Below the pieces are notes generated by a model. That model was not told the DNA's origin. It ran no database searches and worked only from the letters and a program-made list of their open reading frames with translations. The position numbers were made by a program, and so were the translations under genes. From the IMG/VR virus record IMGVR_UViG_3300036760_000193, positions 91,395-155,394 of that record: 64,000 nt of DNA; one strand, given 5' to 3'. Shown in pieces: positions 8,986-18,288 of the stretch; the stretch's first letter is position 1; each line of letters starts with the position of its first letter. Origin of the DNA: a virus (taxonomy: Duplodnaviria; Heunggongvirae; Uroviricota; Caudoviricetes).

Positions 8986-9728
8986 TTCGCAAGTCTCCTT
9001 GGTATAATTTGATATTTTTGAGCATTGTTGGATTTCAGTTGTCGATAGTCAAATTGGGCGTCAATTTCTATGAAGTCTAACCGTTGCATCATCACAGAAT
9101 AAAGTCGAGGCCCATAGTTAGCTCGAAGAACATCAGGTTTTAGGTTGCTGGTAAGAATGGTGGGGCGTAGATTGCTGCCACGCTCTTTGAATAAGGTGGT
9201 AAAGGTACTGGTAATCAAGGCGTGATTACCTGGAGTGTGAATCTCTGTGCCTCCGATGTCATCTAACAAAAGCACTTTACTGTTCAAAATACGGTTTTCA
9301 AATTCTTCTTTCATGGCCTTATCTCTCCAACCGCCTGTCACTAGATTTACACAGTCTTCCAAACTAGCGAAGTACCCACTGTGTCCCGCTTTAATTGCCT
9401 CTTTCAAGACAATGCACCCAAAACTCGTTTTTCCAGTTCCGCAATCGCCGCATAACAGAAGACCTGTACCACTATTGATATTGGTATCCAAATTGTCTAT
9501 ATAGGTTTTGATTTTGGCTTTTACAGAAGAAAGTTCTGGCTGAACGATATCATCTAATGTCAGAACTAAATGCTCTAGGGGGATATCAGCTTTGACATAT
9601 GACCACTCAATATGCAACTCATCACGACATGGACAAGGAAGTCCGCTTCCATGACATAGTTCACACTTTGATCCGCAATACTCTTCTTGAAATTTTCTAA
9701 GATACTCAAATTTTTCTTCACTAAACAT
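8982..9728 (-). CDS. DnaC/IstB-like helicase-loader ATPase
   Basis: N-terminal Cys cluster (CELC...CPC), Walker A GDCGTGKT, LLLDDIG, TILTSN, YGPRLYS; overlaps dnaB by 4 nt. Confidence 0.85.
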   Translation of the reverse strand: MFSEEKFEYLRKFQEEYCGSKCELCHGSGLPCPCRDELHIEWSYVKADIPLEHLVLTLDDIVQPELSSVKAKIKTYIDNLDTNINSGTGLLLCGDCGTGKTSFGCIVLKEAIKAGHSGYFASLEDCVNLVTGGWRDKAMKEEFENRILNSKVLLLDDIGGTEIHTPGNHALITSTFTTLFKERGSNLRPTILTSNLKPDVLRANYGPRLYSVMMQRLDFIEIDAQFDYRQLKSNNAQKYQIIPRRLAK

Positions 9729-10131
9729 TTGGTTTCTCCAATTTTTTCTTTTCTTCCTCTATCCAAGCTTGCATATCATCAGGAAGAACAACATCTGGAC
9801 GCTTTTTCTTTTTCTTCTTACCAACACGGGCTAATCCTAGATAGTCTCTAACTAAACAAGAAAGAAAGCTTATTGTAATAGGCAAGACGTATTGTGGGTT
9901 CTTCTGATAGAAGGTGAATGACCAATCCAGAAACGCCTTTACGTCTATTCGGTAGCGACCGTTCATTTCAAACAAATCTATAATTCTTTTAATTCTCATA
10001 CAATCAGCATCTACATCTTTTGTAACTTTATCGGCTCCATATGCTGTCTCACATTTACTGTAAAAGTATTTTACGAAATCAAAAGACATCCACTCATCAA
10101 CAGAAACCTTTTTAATACCCACTTTCGTCAT
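9721..10131 (-). CDS. hypothetical protein, possible replication initiator
   Basis: ATG at 10131 in a TAATG overlap with the helicase stop; sits directly before loader and helicase, the usual initiator position. No motif recognised. Confidence 0.55.
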   Translation of the reverse strand: MTKVGIKKVSVDEWMSFDFVKYFYSKCETAYGADKVTKDVDADCMRIKRIIDLFEMNGRYRIDVKAFLDWSFTFYQKNPQYVLPITISFLSCLVRDYLGLARVGKKKKKKRPDVVLPDDMQAWIEEEKKKLEKPNV

Positions 10132-11633
10132 TACCAACTCCCATCATCAAAAATCAAATCATCAACAGAGTTTACATCTTGCATTTTATAACGAGATTCA
10201 GTTTTATATATTTTTTCACGATCATTTGCATGAGACTCTAAAAACTTACAATTTTGATCGAAGATGTCTACTATATATGCTTTGACTTTATTATACGGTT
10301 TACGCAAAACACGACCGATTAATTGAAACGCATCTACTGATGATGCTGCGGCTTTTGCGTTTATCAAAACATCTAAATTTGGAACGTCGATGCCTTCACC
10401 AAAAATTGTTGTGCAAATAACGATCTTTCTTTTTCTCTCATCAAGTTCTTTCAAAACATCTTGACGCAATTGTGATTCAGATTCTCCGAAAACAAAAATT
10501 GCAGTCGGATCAAATTGCTGAAGCATCGCTTCTAAAATCTTCCCGTGTTCAACTTTCGTAACTGCGATCAAAACAGTTTTCCCTGCGGAAATCGCCTTCA
10601 AAGCCGCCTGTGCGATGACTTTATTTCGCTCTGTATTGTGAACTACTTCAATGTCATAAATATCTGGGTATCTCATTTTGTCTCTACCCTTTCTTGGATG
10701 CTTAAACAAAAACATTTGGACTAAAGGAGGTACAAGGTATCCAGCATCAATCAATTTGGATGCTGATATATCAACAATGATTTTACCTTGCCATGCTTCA
10801 ATCAATAAGTCAGCATTATCTTCTCTCCACGGGCTTGCGGACATGCCAATTTTATAAAACGCATTTTCTGCTTTTTTATGAATCATGGAAAACGAATCCG
10901 AGGGCACATGATGACACTCATCTGTAATTAAGCAGTTAACGCTCTTCACGTAATCCTGTACTTTCTGCTTTTCTGCCACGGTCTCTGGTGCATCTGGAAG
11001 GAATATGGTTTTGGCATTTCCATTCTCGTCTTTTTCTTCCCGTTCACGACCAAAATTGTAACAGGCTGCAATAGACTGAACCATCCCCACTGTAATAGGT
11101 TGAATGTCTTTGACTTCATCCCCGATACGACCAATGTGAATTCCCAAAGCTGCTTCCAAGCGAGAAATGATCTGGTAGAACACATCTGTCTTATGAATAA
11201 GTATGAGTGTAGGCACGTTTAACTTGGCTACAACCCCGATAAACACGTTTGTCTTACCGCCGCCTGTCCCTATCTTTACAATGCCTCTTTGCTTCTTAAT
11301 CGCTTCATTAATCGCTTCATTCTGGTAGTCTCGAAATACAATTCCTTTGACCTTCATTTCAGAACCAATCTGAACTTGCGGCCTATTATCTCTCAAATGA
11401 CAGGAAATGCCAGCCTTCTTAAGGGCGTCCACCACATAATGAATCAGCCCCGTTGGAAATGATTGACTATAGGGGCTGAACAACTTCACAGTACCAGCAA
11501 AACGATTATATTTTCTAGCATAGAAGGCTCCTGGTATTTCATAAGACGTTGCCATGTCAATGCTCTTAAGAATCTCGTCTGGAACCTCTCCTATAATCTT
11601 TGACCTAACATTGTTGATCTCAATTTCTATCAT
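10131..11633 (-). CDS. SF2 DNA helicase (UvsW/ResIII-like)
   Basis: FRDYQ, GTGGGKT, ITDECHH, GMSASP, FGEGIDVP, QLIGRVLR; start moved to the ATG at 11633 (ATGA overlap). Confidence 0.92.
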   Translation of the reverse strand: MIEIEINNVRSKIIGEVPDEILKSIDMATSYEIPGAFYARKYNRFAGTVKLFSPYSQSFPTGLIHYVVDALKKAGISCHLRDNRPQVQIGSEMKVKGIVFRDYQNEAINEAIKKQRGIVKIGTGGGKTNVFIGVVAKLNVPTLILIHKTDVFYQIISRLEAALGIHIGRIGDEVKDIQPITVGMVQSIAACYNFGREREEKDENGNAKTIFLPDAPETVAEKQKVQDYVKSVNCLITDECHHVPSDSFSMIHKKAENAFYKIGMSASPWREDNADLLIEAWQGKIIVDISASKLIDAGYLVPPLVQMFLFKHPRKGRDKMRYPDIYDIEVVHNTERNKVIAQAALKAISAGKTVLIAVTKVEHGKILEAMLQQFDPTAIFVFGESESQLRQDVLKELDERKRKIVICTTIFGEGIDVPNLDVLINAKAAASSVDAFQLIGRVLRKPYNKVKAYIVDIFDQNCKFLESHANDREKIYKTESRYKMQDVNSVDDLIFDDGSW

Positions 11634-12391
11634 GATACTACTTTTTGATCGTCCCAATATCGTTCAAGAAGCTGCATTTGCAAATCATTGATTTTGTCCA
11701 AATCAGGCCCATATGGTAGTTGACTTTTTACATACGCCTCTTCTATCAAAGATTCAAACTGGTCAGCCTTGGATAGAACTTCTTCAATCTTGAACTTGCC
11801 AATTTTTATATCTCGAACGAGCCTATTATGAGTGATAGGAAACGACAAACGGCCATCAACCAAAAGTTCAAGACCTTCGGTCAACAGCCGTATCAAATGG
11901 CTTGCGAATTTTACATCGTAGCCGAATTTCTCGTAATACTCAACCCGTCCGCCTTCTGCTTGTTTGAAAAGCAGTTTTTGCTTTTGGGAATGAGCATAAC
12001 CAAGAAATCTATGTTTTACTTTTTTGCTTATAAAAAGGGGAGCCGCCATTAAAAGTTCTGCGCCGTATGGATCACAATTAATGATGTGCTTTTTGTCTGC
12101 AAATAGAATTTCAACGATATTGGGGTTATTCTCAGCGCATAGTTTGATGAATTTAGGAAGAGAATATAAAGTGCAGTCAGTATCGCTCTTGTCATTGCGA
12201 TGCCCTGAGTCAGAAGGATTGGTTCTGATCTCAACTTGTTCACACGTCTTCAACCCCATGACATACTCTTTGTCAGGGATGAATACCCCGACGTAATCTT
12301 TGTCGGAGTTTTCCGTTTCGGTTCCGTATAGATGTGAACCAACCATAACCTTTAGGATAAGGTTACGTTCAGCCATTTCTCTTTCTTTCAT
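11630..12391 (-). CDS. DNA polymerase beta-family nucleotidyltransferase
   Basis: VGSHLYG....SDKDYVGV motif, NPNIVEIL, YDVKFASHLIRLL; start at ATG 12391 (ATGA overlap with map). Confidence 0.88.
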   Translation of the reverse strand: MKEREMAERNLILKVMVGSHLYGTETENSDKDYVGVFIPDKEYVMGLKTCEQVEIRTNPSDSGHRNDKSDTDCTLYSLPKFIKLCAENNPNIVEILFADKKHIINCDPYGAELLMAAPLFISKKVKHRFLGYAHSQKQKLLFKQAEGGRVEYYEKFGYDVKFASHLIRLLTEGLELLVDGRLSFPITHNRLVRDIKIGKFKIEEVLSKADQFESLIEEAYVKSQLPYGPDLDKINDLQMQLLERYWDDQKVVS

Positions 12392-13176
12392 AGCTCGTCG
12401 TCCTCTAAGTCTGGGTGTACAATTTCTTCGTCTCGTAATGTTAAAATCGTTGGGCCATCGTCTTCTATGGCGATCATGTGTTCCCAATGGCAAGCAGGTT
12501 TTCCATCTGCTGTCACTATCTTCCATTCATTAGGTTCCACGATCTTCCCGTCAGGGTTCCATGTCAAAATCGGTTCAATACAAATCACCATGCCAGACAC
12601 TAACTCTGCGCCAGGGTCTTTCACCTCGACATTTGGGATGGAAGGCTTCTCATGGATGTTTCTACCAATCCCATGACCAACATAGCGTTCGACGGCTCCA
12701 TATCCTTGCTTTTTAATGTATTTGGCAATGGCATTGGAAATGTCAGCCACATGATTTCCAGGATAGGCTTTCTCAATACCTTCCAATAGGGCGAGATACC
12801 CGTGGAGCACAAAAGCTTCCACATCGGGGTTGACCTTTCCTATTATATAGGTCTTGGCTGTATCACCACAAAAGCCGTCTAAACTGGCTCCTAAATCTAG
12901 GGTGACAATATCGCCGTCTTTCAAAATGTAATTGGAAGGGGTACAGTGTATCACTTCTTCGTTGACACAAGCACAAAGAGTGTTTGGGAAGTTTCGATAG
13001 CCTTTGAACACAGGGATGCCGCCATTGGCGCGAATAAATTCTTCCGCTTTGGCGTCAAGTTCAAGGGTGGATATTCCAGGACGGATTATCCCTCCCAACA
13101 TATTATGAGTCTCAGCACAGAGTTTGCCTACAGCTTTCATCTTGGCAAGCTCTTCGCCTGTCTTTATCGTAATAAT
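12388..13176 (-). CDS. map: type I methionine aminopeptidase, probable ATT start
   Basis: Metal ligands all present (DLG, GDTA, GHGIG, IEP, WEH). The frame extends 12 codons above ATG 13140 to ATT at 13176, giving (M)ITIKTGEELAKM, with GGAGAGG 7 nt upstream. Confidence 0.93.
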   Translation of the reverse strand: MITIKTGEELAKMKAVGKLCAETHNMLGGIIRPGISTLELDAKAEEFIRANGGIPVFKGYRNFPNTLCACVNEEVIHCTPSNYILKDGDIVTLDLGASLDGFCGDTAKTYIIGKVNPDVEAFVLHGYLALLEGIEKAYPGNHVADISNAIAKYIKKQGYGAVERYVGHGIGRNIHEKPSIPNVEVKDPGAELVSGMVICIEPILTWNPDGKIVEPNEWKIVTADGKPACHWEHMIAIEDDGPTILTLRDEEIVHPDLEDDEL

Positions 13177-13209
13177 GGCCTTACCTCTCCGTAATCGTTT
13201 TTCGTGAAT

Positions 13210-13551
13210 TTACAGCGTTTTTAATGATTTTAGCAAATCCGTAACTGTTTCTACATTTCTAATGGTATTCTTAAGTTTATGAAAATCTGTTATTGCATCC
13301 ACATCTTCTACAAATTGTTGGCTCTCATTTGGTTCTTTGTAAAATTGAGCCGATCCAGGTTTCACTGGGTTCAAATAAAATTGTTTGTGTCCATCTGGAG
13401 CAGTTCTGAAATTTCCGTACTCGTCAAGAACGGCGATCACTTCATATCGTGCCCCACAAATAGTACAGTACGCCCATTGCCAATCTGGGGTCACTTTACC
13501 ACAATCTCTCAAGGAGTTTTGACAGGTTATACAAGGCATAGAATCAATCAT
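13210..13551 (-). CDS. zinc-ribbon protein (CxxC...CxxC)
   Basis: MIDSMPCITC...YCTIC; ATG at 13551 has a GGAG SD and an ATGA overlap with the upstream gene. Confidence 0.65.
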   Translation of the reverse strand: MIDSMPCITCQNSLRDCGKVTPDWQWAYCTICGARYEVIAVLDEYGNFRTAPDGHKQFYLNPVKPGSAQFYKEPNESQQFVEDVDAITDFHKLKNTIRNVETVTDLLKSLKTL

Positions 13552-13988
13552 TTGTTTCTCCTTCTCTTCGTATTCATTATACGTACTTTCTTTTTGTTTG
13601 TAAAGAGTTCTTTGAAAAACACCTTGGGAATACGCTTTTGTAACACCGCCCGAACAACCTTCTCCACCTTGCAACAAACCAACTCTTCTTTGTATTGTTG
13701 ATGCTTGTGCCCCTTGCTGTTGTTATAAATTCGCCACTTATTCCGTAGGGTTTGGTCTCTTTTTATAACTTTCTGCTTGGCGTTGTCAATTTGGTATTGA
13801 GTAAACAGGTCAAATACAAAATGTGTCACTTCATGATAAATGGTCATACATTGCTCAAATGGCGGATCGTCTAGATTTACGTCGATCCTGCAAGACTTTC
13901 GTCCATCTATTGCACTGTAGTATCCACTGTCTTCATCTTCTTTAGGTCCATTGAATCTACGAAAATACAGGTTGAGTTTGACTTTCAT
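13548..13988 (-). CDS. HExxH zincin-like protein (possible metallopeptidase)
   Basis: TIYHEVTHF preceded by beta-strand IDVNL, later EELVC (possible third ligand); very basic C-terminus. Confidence 0.55.
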   Translation of the reverse strand: MKVKLNLYFRRFNGPKEDEDSGYYSAIDGRKSCRIDVNLDDPPFEQCMTIYHEVTHFVFDLFTQYQIDNAKQKVIKRDQTLRNKWRIYNNSKGHKHQQYKEELVCCKVEKVVRAVLQKRIPKVFFKELFTNKKKVRIMNTKRRRNK

Positions 13989-14007
13989 ACCTGTTACCCC
14001 CTTAAAA

Positions 14008-14661
14008 TTATTTTTGCCTCACTAAAACCCAGAACAAATTCCAGTTGAACGGTTGGGGGTCTATTTTCCGCCCAGCAGGTACTGCAATGTCCTTGTGTCC
14101 TACGATACAGTTGTCTTCAATATTGTACTTCAATTTCATCATTTTTATAACCCATGCCAAAGCGTCATATTGTTCCCGTGGAAATTCTTCTACACCATCT
14201 CCAACAAGTTCGATTCCAATGGAAAAGGTATTGACATTTGTTTTCCCATGTAGAACACTATCTCCACAATGCCATGCCTTGTCTGCTTCTTTGACCATTT
14301 GATAGATGTCGCCGTTTCGGTCGATGACATAATGGGCTGATACTCCGCTTTCCTTACTTTGAAACCATGAAAGGGTTGACTTTGCAGTCATAGCCCCTGT
14401 GTGGTGTAATACTACGGCCTTAATTGTATCTTCATTTCGTGATGAAAAGTTAGGGGACTGTATAAACGTCACTTGGCGAGGGTTTGCCACTGGTACGTGT
14501 ATCACGGACACCTCTTGGGTCGGTTGCACCATATCTAGCACCGTCTGGTGCTTCTCTAACAGGCTTTTTACCAGCTTGGCGACGGCTCCCAGAACCACAT
14601 TCACCACGGCTTTCTTAATTGTGTCTTTGTTGTTACTTATAATTTCACTGAACGTACTCAT
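14008..14661 (-). CDS. N-acetylmuramoyl-L-alanine amidase (Amidase_2/AmpD-like), probable endolysin
   Basis: VVLHHTG, VSAHYVIDRNG, AWHCG, SIGIEL, GHKDIA..RKIDP. Confidence 0.93.
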   Translation of the reverse strand: MSTFSEIISNNKDTIKKAVVNVVLGAVAKLVKSLLEKHQTVLDMVQPTQEVSVIHVPVANPRQVTFIQSPNFSSRNEDTIKAVVLHHTGAMTAKSTLSWFQSKESGVSAHYVIDRNGDIYQMVKEADKAWHCGDSVLHGKTNVNTFSIGIELVGDGVEEFPREQYDALAWVIKMMKLKYNIEDNCIVGHKDIAVPAGRKIDPQPFNWNLFWVLVRQK

Positions 14662-14680
14662 AGTCTTCTCCTAATTGTAA

Positions 14681-16006
14681 TTATGGCAATTGAACCCATG
14701 AAACGCCATTGTAATATTCTAACTTATCCAAAGTCAAATTGTATCCAAAACTACCTCTAATGATCTCTGAACCTTGAGGCCGGCCAGCTGTATACCATCT
14801 TGCCAACCGTTGAATCGTACCAAATCGACGGTGATCTATTGTCGATGTAATATCAAGTGTTCCAGCGTTCCAAAGTACATCTGACAACCATAATTTTGTA
14901 CTATCACCAACAACAGAAATTGTACTCTTTCCAACTGTGCCACTTATCGAATCAAAATATATATGATAGGTTCCAGTTGGGTCTGTGTCAAAATGAATAT
15001 CTACAGGAGTAGGAAAATCGGCGTTATCAAATGCTAAACCATCTATAACGGCTAGTTCTCCACCAAGTAAAGGTTTAACAGTTACGTAATCTCCTATACC
15101 GTGTGGAAAAACATCAATCATTTGAACATAAAGACCGGAAGCAATTGGAGCCGGATTAGAAACATCTCCAGCTATGATTCCTGCTTGATGTTCACTACGT
15201 CTATGTGAACGAACAAGTTGTGATTCTGTTAACCCCAAATCATCAGCAGATAATCCATGTGGGTTAATCGGTGAAATAGTTCCTGTTCCTACTGATTTTA
15301 CATGATCGTCCAAAGACAAATCCAAATTCCCAGTTGAATAAACGGCGGGTCTATCAGTGATGCCAATATTATTCGTTTGAATACCAACTCGCAATTTAGT
15401 TGTTCTAAAATGTGAACGTGGTGCAATAGAAATATTAGAAGCGACAGCAGTGTTTATACCAGTCAGATTGACAGTTCCTAAAACAAGATATCGACCTGGA
15501 TCAGGATTTAATCCAGTTGTATTAACAAGAATTTCATAGCCATCTGTTCGTTTATAAAATTGTTTTGTACTTGTAATTTTATGTAATGTGAATACTGAAT
15601 CATCTGTTGTCTGAACATAGGCAATATAAATATAATTAATAAATCCAGTTGCTAGTGGTACATCAAAACTTCCAGTAGAACGTGGTGTGCTAAGAGGGAA
15701 TCCTGCTCCATTATCAGTGGTATGTGTTAAATTAGAGGTATCATATGTAATGAAAGCATTATCAAGTAAAATTCTCTCTCCATTTTTGTAGGCGGCACCT
15801 GTATTAACCTGGACATGAAAAAAGTCTGTTAAAGTTGGTTCCAAATCTTTTCCGACAATATTCAAATTGCTAAAAAGACCATCGACAACTCCATCACTAT
15901 ATACATCCGTAATTCGTTCTTCAATTGCGTCTGCTTTAGAAGTTTGCAACCAATCAAGAATTTGTTTTATTACTCTTTGGCCTGAAAATAAATCTGTAAA
16001 TTTCAT
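14681..16006 (-). CDS. baseplate-associated/tail-fibre protein, paralog of 16017-18278
   Basis: N-terminal ~390 aa align with the next gene (SGQRVIKQILDWLQ, PRSTGSF, LHK...FYK.TDGY, NPHGLS); located at the end of the baseplate cluster. Confidence 0.55.
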   Translation of the reverse strand: MKFTDLFSGQRVIKQILDWLQTSKADAIEERITDVYSDGVVDGLFSNLNIVGKDLEPTLTDFFHVQVNTGAAYKNGERILLDNAFITYDTSNLTHTTDNGAGFPLSTPRSTGSFDVPLATGFINYIYIAYVQTTDDSVFTLHKITSTKQFYKRTDGYEILVNTTGLNPDPGRYLVLGTVNLTGINTAVASNISIAPRSHFRTTKLRVGIQTNNIGITDRPAVYSTGNLDLSLDDHVKSVGTGTISPINPHGLSADDLGLTESQLVRSHRRSEHQAGIIAGDVSNPAPIASGLYVQMIDVFPHGIGDYVTVKPLLGGELAVIDGLAFDNADFPTPVDIHFDTDPTGTYHIYFDSISGTVGKSTISVVGDSTKLWLSDVLWNAGTLDITSTIDHRRFGTIQRLARWYTAGRPQGSEIIRGSFGYNLTLDKLEYYNGVSWVQLP

Positions 16007-16016
16007 AATTTATCCT

Positions 16017-18278
16017 TTATACTCTTTCATAAGAGACATAGGGCGTGTAACCCCATCGTCCATCAGAAGCAGATAGTGGTTGAACTTGAAGTGTAAAACC
16101 AGTGGTGAATCCAAAATAAAATTGAGAATGACTATCAACCCCAGAAACAATACCAATAGCACTGGCTGAGTTAATTGAATTTGCCACATACGCATAGTTA
16201 TTTACGGTTCCCCAACCTTGTCCTGCGTTAACACCAGTTCTTAAATCATTAAATGTATAGGTATGACCATCAATGGTGAGTTTGAAATTGAAAGATGCTC
16301 CACCGCTATTTGGGTTAGAAGTCAAAAGCCATGTAGCTCCCTTCAAAGCTCCCTTACCACTAAATGAATATACAGTTGTAAAAGTAGAAGTCGAAAAGTC
16401 AGTCCATTGAAAAGCAGTACCAGTATCAGCTACGTAGTGCATTGGTTTAATTAAATCTGTAGCAGAAACAGTGTCTCCAGTAATTGTTATATAAGTTCCG
16501 TCAACATTAACAGCTAAGGGTGATCCGCTACCACCAGACAGACCGTTACCAGCCGCAGATGATGAAATACGTAAAGCATCTGCTGATATTTCCAATCCTG
16601 AACTTACATTAACTGATAAAGGTGAACCACCACCACCTGCTAAACCATTGCCAGCTACAGAAATATTCAATTCATTGCCAGTAATACCGCTTGCTTTTAC
16701 TCTTAAAGTATCTGCATTAATTTCTATGGTGCTATTATCTACATTTACTGCCAATGGCGATCCCCCACCACCAGACAAACCATTGCCGGCTACGGAAGTA
16801 GCTAGTTGGGCGGATGTTATGCCACTTGCTTTTACTCTTAAAGTATCTGTATTGATTTCTATTGTGCTGTTGTCAACATTAACATCTATAACGCCAGATG
16901 AATATGCTAAACCATTGCCAGCAATTGTTGCGGCAACTCTAACATTGTCCGCAACTATTTCTAATCCGAATGATGTATTAACAGCCAATGGAGTGCCATT
17001 TCCACCAGATAATCCATTGCCAGCAACAGACGGGTCTATTTCAGATGATGTAACCGCATTTGCTTGAATATCTCTTGTGGCGATTGTTCCGAATTTACGC
17101 CGATCTATTAATCCGGATAGGTCTCCATCTCCTGCCCCCATATCTCCTGGATATAACCAGGTAATGGTCACTAAAAGAAATTTTGAAATATCTGGCGTAG
17201 CTATAAGATTAGTTTGTGTTTTCTGAATTGTTTTAGTGGTTCGATCTACATAAATGTACCATAATCCACTTGGGTCTAAAGCAGTGAATAAAACATCTAC
17301 ATCAGATGAAATATCAGAAGAAACAATTACATCACCTCCAACATGTACTCTTTCAGTTCCCGTTAAGGCTTTGAAAGTGATGTAGTCCAATCCTGGATCA
17401 AGTAATGTTACAATGGGGAATAAAGCAGATGTCGTACTAACTTCATTTGGTACAATGAGTCCGTTGGAATGGAAAAATTCTTGATGTTCTTGAATCGTAC
17501 TTGCAGGACTTAATCCAATATCAGTTGGGGACAATCCATGTGGATTATTGAAACCAACGACACCTGTCCCAACTGCACGTACATGGTCATCGGCATAGAT
17601 TTCTTGATTTGGTGTATAAACAAGAGTTCTATCACTCTTGTCTGCTAATGTAGTATGAATTTTTACACGATAATGAGAGATTCCTCCCAAAACTCTATTC
17701 GCCTTACTTATTGTCGTTGTGGAGACTACACCTCCCGCAGTTAAATCGACATTACCCAATTTTAAGGCAACAACGGATGGGGGCGTATTTACTGAAGTGA
17801 CAGTTATCTTATATCCGTCAGTTTGTTTATAAAAAATCTTTGTGTTTAATAATTTATGCAAAGTAAAAACGGCATCCTCTGTAGCTTGTAAATATTCAAT
17901 CCAAATATAATTGTTTATATTTGTTGTTAAGGAAACATTAAAACTCCCAGTAGAACGTGGTGTGCTGACAAAACTTCCTGAACCATCGTCTGTTGTATGT
18001 GTAGCATTAGCTCCGTTGTATGAAATAGACTCGTTATCTATATTTATTCGTTGCCCATTAGTATCGTAAGCTACTCCAGTTCGAACGGTTATTTTGGGTG
18101 TTGCTGGTGTATTAAGAGACCCCACAATAATATCAAATTCATTTAACAGATTCTTAACAATTCCATAATCTGTTAAGTCAGCTTTTCTTTCCAGAATAGA
18201 ATTATCTCCCGCATCTTGAAGCCAATCAAGAATTTGTTTGATAACTCTTTGTCCAGATTTCCAAAATACTTTCTTCAT
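16017..18278 (-). CDS. tail fibre protein with Gly-rich repeats
   Basis: N-domain shared with 14681-16006; five AGNGL(S/A)GG.G.PL.VNV repeats; distinct C-terminal domain. Confidence 0.6.
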   Translation of the reverse strand: MKKVFWKSGQRVIKQILDWLQDAGDNSILERKADLTDYGIVKNLLNEFDIIVGSLNTPATPKITVRTGVAYDTNGQRINIDNESISYNGANATHTTDDGSGSFVSTPRSTGSFNVSLTTNINNYIWIEYLQATEDAVFTLHKLLNTKIFYKQTDGYKITVTSVNTPPSVVALKLGNVDLTAGGVVSTTTISKANRVLGGISHYRVKIHTTLADKSDRTLVYTPNQEIYADDHVRAVGTGVVGFNNPHGLSPTDIGLSPASTIQEHQEFFHSNGLIVPNEVSTTSALFPIVTLLDPGLDYITFKALTGTERVHVGGDVIVSSDISSDVDVLFTALDPSGLWYIYVDRTTKTIQKTQTNLIATPDISKFLLVTITWLYPGDMGAGDGDLSGLIDRRKFGTIATRDIQANAVTSSEIDPSVAGNGLSGGNGTPLAVNTSFGLEIVADNVRVAATIAGNGLAYSSGVIDVNVDNSTIEINTDTLRVKASGITSAQLATSVAGNGLSGGGGSPLAVNVDNSTIEINADTLRVKASGITGNELNISVAGNGLAGGGGSPLSVNVSSGLEISADALRISSSAAGNGLSGGSGSPLAVNVDGTYITITGDTVSATDLIKPMHYVADTGTAFQWTDFSTSTFTTVYSFSGKGALKGATWLLTSNPNSGGASFNFKLTIDGHTYTFNDLRTGVNAGQGWGTVNNYAYVANSINSASAIGIVSGVDSHSQFYFGFTTGFTLQVQPLSASDGRWGYTPYVSYERV
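16490..17030 (-). repeat. intragenic tandem fibre repeats
   Basis: Five AGNGL units; identical 25-nt DNA segment at 16690-16714 and 16825-16849 (135-nt period). Confidence 0.8.
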
Positions 18279-18288
18279 AAATTCTCCA

